From an uncultured Candidatus Binatia bacterium (lineage in GTDB: Bacteria > Desulfobacterota > Binatia > Bin18): DNA of 64,000 nt. The stretch spans positions 3,669,022-3,733,021 of the forward strand of contig OZ243979.1 of the NCBI GenBank assembly GCA_965214755.1, read 5' to 3'. The position numbers and the translations under genes were made by a program. Below the pieces are notes generated by a model. It ran no database searches, had not been told where the DNA came from, and saw nothing but the letters and a program-made list of their open reading frames with translations. Below, one piece after another: positions 57,003-64,000 of the stretch; position 1 is the first letter of the stretch, and each line of letters starts with the position of its first letter.

Positions 57003-57168
57003 AAAACCCGCCTAGCCTCGCTATAAGGCAAACTCCATAGCCGCCTCCTGTTGGGCTTGGTCTCAAAAGAAGAGGAGTGTAGACACGAACGCCGAGAGCG
57101 TCAATGAAGCGGGCGCTTGGCGGTGCGCCTCGCTCGGGGCATACTAACAAGCCTAAGGAGGATATCTC

Positions 57169-57954
57169 ATGTCAGAACCAGTCCTCATGGTTGAGAAAAC
57201 CGATGGGATCGCAACCCTGACCCTGAACCGCCCACGGGCGATGAATGCCCTGTCTCGTGAACTCCGGCTCGAAATTGTCAGAGCCTTTGCAGCACTGCAA
57301 AGCGACCCGGCGACTCATGTCGTGATCCTGACCGGTGCCGGTCGGGCATTCTGTGCAGGCATGGACCTCAAAGAGCTGAGCCGGACGAGCGAACCCCTAC
57401 AAGAACCGCAACCAACGCCGGGTAGCATGGATGTGGTGCGGGTCATGGAGGCGTTTGACCGCCCCATTATTGGTGCGATCAACGGTTTTGCCATCACTGG
57501 CGGGTTTGAGTTGGCCCTGGCCTGCGATGTCCTGATCGCGTCCAGCGATGCGCGTTTTGCGGATACGCACGCCCGGATGGGGGTCATGCCGGGGTGGGGC
57601 CTGAGCCAGAAACTCTCTCGCGTGATTGGCATTTACCGGGCGCGTGAATTGTCTCTGACCGGAAACTATCTGTCTGCCCAGCAAGCCGAAGCCTGGGGGC
57701 TGGTGAACCGCGTTGTTGCGCCCGACGACTTGCTGTCGACCTGTCGCTCGTTGGCCACAGATATGCTGTCGTGTCTGCCTGACATGCTGCGCAATATGAA
57801 GCGCGTGATTAACGAAGGCTACGCCCGGACGCTCAGCGACGGGCTCCAACTCGAATCAACCGCCTGGCGTGAACAGGTCCGTGGCGTCACTCCAGAGGCG
57901 ATTGCCACTAGGGTCGAAAGGGTGAAACAATGGGGGCGAACACAGACATCCTGA
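57169..57954 (+). CDS. Enoyl-CoA hydratase/isomerase (crotonase family)
   Basis: VVILTGAGRAFCAGMDLKE. Confidence 0.8.
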   Translation: MSEPVLMVEKTDGIATLTLNRPRAMNALSRELRLEIVRAFAALQSDPATHVVILTGAGRAFCAGMDLKELSRTSEPLQEPQPTPGSMDVVRVMEAFDRPIIGAINGFAITGGFELALACDVLIASSDARFADTHARMGVMPGWGLSQKLSRVIGIYRARELSLTGNYLSAQQAEAWGLVNRVVAPDDLLSTCRSLATDMLSCLPDMLRNMKRVINEGYARTLSDGLQLESTAWREQVRGVTPEAIATRVERVKQWGRTQTS

Positions 57955-58133
57955 GTCAGGTACGCTGGGTTATGCGTGTGAACACGTCCTAGAGCGTTTC
58001 TCGCTAGGCTGTTCCTGTGCCGTTTCGCTCTCGTCATGCCGGCCTTGATCCAGCATCCAGAAGTCGGGGTCTCGGGGGCTGGATTCCTGCTTTCGTAGGA
58101 ATGACGGGTGGCTATAAAAGATTGTAATTTGCC

Positions 58134-59009
58134 CTATACCCGCCCAATAACCGTGTCCCCAATCTCTTTGACATAATCTGTAATTTCTGTCTCAGTAGAG
58201 CTGAGTGTGAACAGGGCGTCTCCTTTGGGCGGGAAGAGCAGAATCAAACGATCCACGCCCAGGTCCGCATAACGTTTGGCCGTGTCGAGATCGATCCGTC
58301 CAACCGGAGTCACGCTGATTTCGAGCGTGCCTAAGCTACTCGGGCGTTCATTTTGTTCTTCTGCAGCTTTCAGGCCATCGAAGCATTTTTTGGTTCCGTC
58401 CACATCGAGGGCAAAGCCGTACCAGCCGTTGCCATGGGTCACGGAACGCTGAAACGCCTGGGGGGTCATACCGCCAAACACGACCGGCGGACCGGGCTGC
58501 TGCACCGGCTTGGGAAATGCCTTGATCCCACTAAAAGAGGCAAACTGGCCCTGGTAGGACGGGTCGTCCTGACTCCAAATAGTCCGCATGGCATCAACGT
58601 AATCAAGCGTGCGCGGCCCTTTATGGCTGAACGGCGCTCCGAGGGCGTCAAATTCCGGCTTGAGATAGCCAATGCCAACACCAAAGATCAGGCGTCCGCC
58701 TGACAGAACATCCAGGCTGGCCATCTCTTTTGCCAGCACCAGCGGATTCCGTTGCGGCAAAATAATAATGCCGGTTCCCATGCGGATGGTTTGGGTCTGG
58801 CCGGCCAGAAAGGCAAAGGCGATATTGGGGTCGAGCATGGGGTAGGTTGGCGGTAACGGCGAAGGCGGCTCCTGCGGGTCCGGCAACACAATGTGTTCGC
58901 CCGCCCAGACGGATTCAAACCCAGCGGCCTCGGCTGCCTGCGCCACCCGCGCTGATGCGTCCGGCGTACTGCACGGTCCCATATTGATGCCAAAGAGTCC
59001 AAGTTGCAT
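58134..59009 (-). CDS. LLM-class flavin/F420-dependent oxidoreductase
   Basis: MQLGLFGINMGPCSTPDASARVAQAAEAAGFESVWAGEHIVLP. Confidence 0.75.
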   Translation of the reverse strand: MQLGLFGINMGPCSTPDASARVAQAAEAAGFESVWAGEHIVLPDPQEPPSPLPPTYPMLDPNIAFAFLAGQTQTIRMGTGIIILPQRNPLVLAKEMASLDVLSGGRLIFGVGIGYLKPEFDALGAPFSHKGPRTLDYVDAMRTIWSQDDPSYQGQFASFSGIKAFPKPVQQPGPPVVFGGMTPQAFQRSVTHGNGWYGFALDVDGTKKCFDGLKAAEEQNERPSSLGTLEISVTPVGRIDLDTAKRYADLGVDRLILLFPPKGDALFTLSSTETEITDYVKEIGDTVIGRV

Positions 59010-59099
59010 GTCTTTCCTCCTTTATTATCAAGTGTAGAGAGACATACGCCGAAATGGCACAGATGAGAAGGTGGGCGAGAAATAACGTTCCCGTGGTTC

Positions 59100-59870
59100 T
59101 AGGCTGAATCGGCATTGAATGCTGCCGGAGGGCGAAGGCGGCGAGGTGTAAGCAGGCGAGGAAGGGGGCGGTCTTGCGGGCATAGCGGGAAGCAAGGCGG
59201 CGGCAGTGTTTGCGCCGATTGCAGGTGCGCTCAATCCAGTTCCGCTGCTTGTAGAGCGTCCGGTCATAGGGCCGGGCCACCCGGCGCCCGGGCCGGGATC
59301 ACCGGCGTGGCTCCTTGGCCTTTAATGGACGCAATGAGGGCCGGATTATCAGAGGCGTTGTCGACAATGCCGGAGCGGGCGCGGAGGCCGGTGAGCAGCG
59401 CCTTGGCCTGCGGCCTGTCGTGCCGCGGCCCAGCAGTGCCCAGCAAGCAGCCGGGCCGCCCGTGGCCGTCTACGGCCAGAGGAAGCGTGGGGGTCAATCC
59501 GCCTCGGGCACGCCCCACAGGCGGCCGGGCGGCCCCCCTTTTCCAGTCACCGCTTGCTGCTGCGCTCGCCCGCTCGTACGGTCGAGCATAAGAGAGGCGT
59601 TGGGACGGGCCGCCGTCAGGGGCGCCAACACGCGCGCCTACACCCCGGCCCGCGCCCCGCGCGTCAAGCGTTTCTGGATGCGCTTCCAGTGGCCGGAGCG
59701 CGCCGGGAGGGCACCCCACCGCGCCCCGCTCCGCACGCCCCACAGGCCGCCGTTGACGAACCGGCGATTATCGCCCGCCGGCCGCCCGCGGTCCGTTCCC
59801 TTGCCGGGGTGGCTATCCTTGAGCTGCTCCCAGTGCTGCGGACTCCATTCATACCGCTTCGCCATGCTCC
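59100..59870 (-). mobile_element. IS5-family (IS427-group-like) insertion sequence, very GC-rich; transposase reading frame split over three frames
   Basis: Minus-strand ORF fragments: 59865-59638 (KRYEWSPQHWEQLKDSHPGKGTDRGRPAGDNRRFVNGGLWGVRSGARWGALPARSGHWKRIQKRLTR, the classic IS427 orfA N-terminus), 59743-59264 (DGHGRP...TAGPRHD...VIPAR), 59280-59130 (DRTLYKQRNWIERTCNRRKHCRRLASRY, the IS5 C-terminal signature); ends not mapped. Confidence 0.7.
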
Positions 59871-59970
59871 CGCCCTGGCCTGCCTTGCATGGCTTTATCG
59901 CTTCCTCCCTAAACCTGTGTTAATTGTCGAGTCGCCCTAGTCCCTTACCAGGGACGAGAGAAAATTTAAG

Positions 59971-60615
59971 ATGAATGAGAAGTTTCTGAAACGATTTGAA
60001 GAACTCCAGGAGCAATCGGATTCGTTGCCGTTTGAACAAGGTGGATATTCCCGGTACGTATCGGAAGGAAGGTGGCAAAGATGGGCCACAAGTTGTCAAA
60101 ATCTCATCAGGGCCGTGTTCGGGGAAGAATCTCCTCACTATAACAACTTTGTAGAAGCACTAAAGGGATGTCGCGGAGGTGAGGGCGAGATAAATGCCCT
60201 CCAAGGAGTCTTCCAAAGCGCCAAAGAAGATTTTGAAGGCGGCTACGTTTTCAATGTGGACCTCAGAATTTCTGGAGAGGTCTTCGGCGATTTCGTCGTT
60301 CTGGCTAAGCAGTCTCTTACTGATGGTCACAAAGATGTGGCGGCGGTTTTGGCATCTGCCGCGTTGGAGGACGCGTTGAAACGTTACGCAAACGCTGAAG
60401 GTCTGAATATCGACAACCAATCGATGTCAGAAGTCATTAATGCACTCAAATCAAAAAGGCTAGTGTCAGGAGCCCAGAAATCCCTATTGGACGCCATGCC
60501 ACGTATAAGAAATTTTGCAATGCACGCCAATTGGGAAAAAATATCAGAGCCGGACGTTAACGGGGTTATCGGTTTTGTTGAGCAGTTCCTCCTAACAAAA
60601 TTCAGCCAGGACTAA
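59971..60615 (+). CDS. HEPN-domain protein (DUF4145-like), in an AT-rich island
   Basis: 214 aa; C-terminal RNFAMHANWEKIS contains an Rx4H HEPN motif; ~45% GC. Confidence 0.4.
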   Translation: MNEKFLKRFEELQEQSDSLPFEQGGYSRYVSEGRWQRWATSCQNLIRAVFGEESPHYNNFVEALKGCRGGEGEINALQGVFQSAKEDFEGGYVFNVDLRISGEVFGDFVVLAKQSLTDGHKDVAAVLASAALEDALKRYANAEGLNIDNQSMSEVINALKSKRLVSGAQKSLLDAMPRIRNFAMHANWEKISEPDVNGVIGFVEQFLLTKFSQD

Positions 60616-60617
60616 CT

Positions 60618-61199
60618 ATGCCTGACTCCATACTCAAACGGTGGAACATTACTGTCGAAGAACTTACGCAAGTAGTCGACCAGAACCCCAGTCTCAGAGG
60701 AATGATCCTCGGCTACCTTGCCGAGTTGAAGCTAGAGCAGCTCTGGCTCGGGCGCGAAGGGATTTCTCAGGTATCAAAGCATGATGACCATAACAGGAAA
60801 AAGAAAGGCGACCGTGTCGTTACGTACAAAGGTAAGGAATTCATTTTTGAATCGAAATCTCTTCAGACAAACACCATACGGAAAACGGATGAGGGTTGGG
60901 TTGGCAAAGCCCAGGTAGATGCGAGTGACCTGCGCGCGGTCATTCTCCCTAATGGAACTGAAGTACACACAACCTGTTTACTTCGGGGAGAATTTCATAT
61001 TCTGGCTGTCAATATTTTCGCCTTTGAAGAGAAGTGGAGGTTTGTCTTTGCAAAAAACGATGAGTTGCCCTCATCAAGGTATAGAGGCTACGACGAGTAT
61101 CAACGAGACCATTTACTTGCCACCCTTGTAACGGTTCGTTGGCCCCCCAAGCCTCCGTTTTATGAAGAACCGTTTACCCTGATGAACGAGTTGCTGTAG
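60618..61199 (+). CDS. Hypothetical protein with a PD-(D/E)xK-like motif (candidate restriction endonuclease)
   Basis: 193 aa; [17 protein letters not shown] (D...ExK); starts 3 nt after the HEPN gene; converges on the MTase gene. Confidence 0.35.
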   Translation: MPDSILKRWNITVEELTQVVDQNPSLRGMILGYLAELKLEQLWLGREGISQVSKHDDHNRKKKGDRVVTYKGKEFIFESKSLQTNTIRKTDEGWVGKAQVDASDLRAVILPNGTEVHTTCLLRGEFHILAVNIFAFEEKWRFVFAKNDELPSSRYRGYDEYQRDHLLATLVTVRWPPKPPFYEEPFTLMNELL

Positions 61200-61959
61200 C
61201 GAATCGCATCTGCGACGCTTTCGTGTTCCTTGGTATCTTCACAAAGATCAGAAAGTATGAATGATTTTTTCGCGCATGTACCTGATTGATTACTCTACTC
61301 ATCCCCGGTTTGTTAGGGCGAACTACGATAAACAAGTCTTTGCAGAAGAAACCGATTTCGGCGAATGAGTTTATAATCTCGACGTGGGTAAGATTTTGTC
61401 TGTTTGCACTGACTTCGTCTTGACATTTGACGATATATACACCTCTCTCTTTCAGAATGCGGCGCGCCTCCTTCCCTCCCTCATTGTACATCTCTAAAAC
61501 TGCCGCGTGCCATTTCGCGCCATTAGGTTTGGGCGCTTCATCACCGTTGGAGTAATGGTCTCTGAACGCAGTGTGTGTCCCATCGCCCGCCTTTATGGCG
61601 TTACTATTCCTGTAGAATCCTTCCATGTATGGCGGGTCGAAAACGACAACATCAAATGAGCTATCTTCATAGGGAAGCTTCCGGCAGTCTATGCCATCCG
61701 CGATATCGGACGGGAAAAATCGATATTTACTTGTATCTACATTTCTCCAGAAAATCCCTTTGCCATATGTTACGTCGGCAATGCGTGCGCCATCTGCTAC
61801 GTGAAGTTGCAGCACTTTCGGAAAGATATCAGCATTATTACCAATATACGCAGAAAATATGAGGTCTGAGGTTGCCACGCCCTCAGGACTTTTTCTTCCT
61901 GACGGGGTGCGGTGTTCCTCAGTCAGGTCAAAGAGCATTTTAACTTGTTCCGTACCCAT
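61174..61959 (-). CDS. DNA methyltransferase (N6-adenine or N4-cytosine, DPPY motif)
   Basis: VVFDPPY catalytic motif; upstream [14 protein letters not shown]-binding-like block; 261 aa. Confidence 0.65.
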   Translation of the reverse strand: MGTEQVKMLFDLTEEHRTPSGRKSPEGVATSDLIFSAYIGNNADIFPKVLQLHVADGARIADVTYGKGIFWRNVDTSKYRFFPSDIADGIDCRKLPYEDSSFDVVVFDPPYMEGFYRNSNAIKAGDGTHTAFRDHYSNGDEAPKPNGAKWHAAVLEMYNEGGKEARRILKERGVYIVKCQDEVSANRQNLTHVEIINSFAEIGFFCKDLFIVVRPNKPGMSRVINQVHARKNHSYFLIFVKIPRNTKASQMRFATATRSSG

Positions 61960-61965
61960 ATTATA

Positions 61966-62199
61966 TTAATCGACATTTCCAAACTTCTCTTCCAGAAGTT
62001 TTCTTATTGCGTCTGCCATCTTGATTCCCTGTCGTGCGCAGCCTGCCTTAACGTTGGCGTGGAGTTCGGATGGAATATCAATTGTTAGGCGTTTCATCGC
62101 GGGTCGCCCTTCAAATTGAGGAGAGTGTTCGTGGACCACCGGTTCATACGATAATTTATTTTTTCTGTAATTCATTATTTGCGACTTTACGGAAAACAT
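61966..62199 (-). CDS. Ribbon-helix-helix (ParG/CopG-like) small protein upstream of the MTase
   Basis: MKRLTIDIPSELHANVKAGCARQGIKMADAIRKLLEEKF. Confidence 0.5.
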   Translation of the reverse strand: MFSVKSQIMNYRKNKLSYEPVVHEHSPQFEGRPAMKRLTIDIPSELHANVKAGCARQGIKMADAIRKLLEEKFGNVD

Positions 62200-62261
62200 G
62201 CCCGCAGGTCAAGATTGAAGCGTTCTCATTCAAGTGACACAGGCGTCGGGACCGCGCCGCA

Positions 62262-63134
62262 CTACCTCTCCGGCGCGAATGCCTCAATCGCCCGCTCGTC
62301 CGGCACCATGCCACCCTTGGGGCTCAGTGGCATGATACATACGTGTGACGCTCCCGCCTCATAATAGGCAGCAATCCGCTCGCGAATTTTTGCCTCGTCC
62401 CCCCAGGCAATAACCGCGTCTACGATCTGGTCACTGCCGCCGTTTGCCATGTCGGCGTCAGTAAAACCGACCTCTTTGAAGCGTTGGACGTAGTGATCGA
62501 TTTGGAGATAGGTCTGCATGTAACTGCGGGCGGCCGCACGGGCCGTATCCGCATTCGACTCCAGCATGACGCCCAACTCGGCACACAGCCACGGCTCCGG
62601 TCCAAGGGTCTTGCGGGTTGCCGCAATCTGCTCAAGCACGGTGAAATAGGTATGCGTCCCCTGGGTCTGCGTTGCGGAAAGCGCGAGCATCTTGGGCATC
62701 ATCCCGGCCAGCACCACGGGCGGGTCGTTTTGCGGGGCTGGTGCGGCGTACGGTGCGGCTTTCATCTTGGTCAGATATTCGCGCGTGAAGCTGAGGGGCT
62801 TGCCATACGGAATACCGCGCCGGGCGTTACCCTGCGCATTACTCACGCCCAGGCCGAGCACAAAGCGGTCGCCGTATAGCTCGGCGAGCGTCCGGGTCGC
62901 ATTGGCAATCGCAATCGGCTCATACGCATAGGTCACCACAATACCGGTGGCGATGACCAGACGCTCGGTTTGGCTCAGCAAATACGAGGCAAACGAAAAG
63001 CTTTCGCGGCCCAGGGTCTCGGGAAACCACAGGGCGCTATAGCCGAGCTGTTCGACTCTGCGGGCGAGCTGGCCGGTCTGGGCGCCGGTGAGGCCGTCCA
63101 GAAAGGTAAAAACGCCGGGAGGTCGGAGGTTCAT
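62262..63134 (-). CDS. LLM-class flavin/F420-dependent oxidoreductase
   Basis: LGYSALWFPETLGRESFSFASYLL...; LLM TIM-barrel pattern. Confidence 0.7.
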   Translation of the reverse strand: MNLRPPGVFTFLDGLTGAQTGQLARRVEQLGYSALWFPETLGRESFSFASYLLSQTERLVIATGIVVTYAYEPIAIANATRTLAELYGDRFVLGLGVSNAQGNARRGIPYGKPLSFTREYLTKMKAAPYAAPAPQNDPPVVLAGMMPKMLALSATQTQGTHTYFTVLEQIAATRKTLGPEPWLCAELGVMLESNADTARAAARSYMQTYLQIDHYVQRFKEVGFTDADMANGGSDQIVDAVIAWGDEAKIRERIAAYYEAGASHVCIMPLSPKGGMVPDERAIEAFAPER

Positions 63135-63150
63135 AACCTGCTCCTGGGGA

Positions 63151-64000
63151 CTAGCGAAAGGCCGGAATGACCTTGCTGGTAAACAGCTCTAAATGAGGCT
63201 GAATCCAGCTTGCCGGCAGGCCCGGCGGCAGCGTCCACGAATAATAATGCGTCAGCGGAGTCTCTAAGGCATAGTCGCGAATCATCTGAATGCAGGTGTC
63301 AACATCTACCACCTGGAACAGACCCGATTCACGTAATGCCGCGGTATCCGGCACTTTTGGAAACAGGGGCATGCCGGCCTTTTCCGACCACTCAGCATAG
63401 GCATTGACCTGATAGCGGACGTGTTCGGCTGCTTCGTTCCAGGTCTTGTCCGGGTCTTCGGACGGAATCAGCCAAAAATAGCCACCTGCGAGACGAATAT
63501 CCGTGGTGGATTTCCCGACTTTTTCCAAGGCGGTCACATAGCGTTCATACGCCTCTTTCAGCGGACCGACGCCGATATACCCGTCGCCATACTTTGCCGC
63601 CCGCCGGAGTGCCGGCGGGGTGAAACCGCCGACCCAAATCGGTGGTCGTGGTTGCTGAATCGGCTCCGGGGTGAGCCTGGCTTTGGTCACCGTGTAGTAT
63701 TTCCCCTCAAACGTCAGGGTCTCGCCCTCCCACAGGCGACGAATGATTTCGAGGCCCTCATTCGTGCGCGCGCCGCGTTCTTTGCTCGAAATCGCGAAGC
63801 TCTCAAACTCCTCGACTTTATACCCAACGCCCACACCCAGCTCGAACCGGCCACCCGAAATCACGTCCACCGTGGCCGCATCTTCGGCCAACCGGACCGG
63901 ATTATGAAACGGCAGGAGCACCACGCTCGTCCCGATATGAATTTTCCTGGTCCGCGAGGCAATCGCGGCGGCAATCGGCATCAGCGCAGGAGAATAGCCA
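63151..64000 (-). CDS. LLM-class flavin/F420-dependent oxidoreductase (5' partial, runs off the window)
   Basis: ...IHIGTSVVLLPFHNPVRLAEDAATVDVISGGRFELGVGVGY; N-terminus beyond position 64000. Confidence 0.65.
   Translation of the reverse strand, partial: GYSPALMPIAAAIASRTRKIHIGTSVVLLPFHNPVRLAEDAATVDVISGGRFELGVGVGYKVEEFESFAISSKERGARTNEGLEIIRRLWEGETLTFEGKYYTVTKARLTPEPIQQPRPPIWVGGFTPPALRRAAKYGDGYIGVGPLKEAYERYVTALEKVGKSTTDIRLAGGYFWLIPSEDPDKTWNEAAEHVRYQVNAYAEWSEKAGMPLFPKVPDTAALRESGLFQVVDVDTCIQMIRDYALETPLTHYYSWTLPPGLPASWIQPHLELFTSKVIPAFR

Noticed and set aside
58915-59099. 3' portion of the 121-aa minus ORF 58915..59280 extending beyond the IS
   Set aside because: Only the first ~50 codons (59280-59130) match IS5 transposase C-terminus; the remainder runs antisense into the LLM gene start region and is read-through noise.

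Overview
This is a high-GC (~60% by eye) bacterial chromosomal segment. It carries a housekeeping backbone: lnt, prfB with its programmed +1 frameshift, rimO, dksA-like, etfBA, the rplU-rpmA-obg-proB-proA-nadD-rsfS operon, fabH/fabF, trpS, scpAB, rluB, an initiator-type tRNA-Met, and many acyl-CoA / LLM-class oxidoreductase genes. Several accessory insertions interrupt this backbone. (1) A ~55-nt imperfect-palindromic repeat family with at least 13 copies between 1.7 and 41.5 kb, in both orientations; three copies are inserted in-frame inside rimO (x2) and a glycerate-kinase gene, and others donate stop codons. (2) A lower-GC island at 14.6-17.6 kb encoding an MqsR/MqsA-like toxin-antitoxin pair tightly coupled to a ParA/MinD-like P-loop ATPase (KGGVGRT Walker A) fused to TPR repeats. 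I do not recognise this combination as a described system, and it is my best candidate for the undescribed system. (3) An AT-rich two-gene island at 47.2-48.3 kb (secreted protein + DUF2513-like). (4) An island at 59.1-62.2 kb holding an IS5-family element, a HEPN (DUF4145-like) protein, a PD-(D/E)xK-like protein, a convergent DPPY DNA methyltransferase and an RHH protein, inserted between paralogous LLM oxidoreductase genes. Also present are an N,N-dimethylformamidase-like two-subunit enzyme, a RelE/ParE-RHH TA pair, a single-chain BC-BCCP-CT acyl-CoA carboxylase, and a biotin carboxylase alpha-subunit apparently split at a repeat-element site. All calls come from reading the sequence and ORF translations by eye; no database searches were run.
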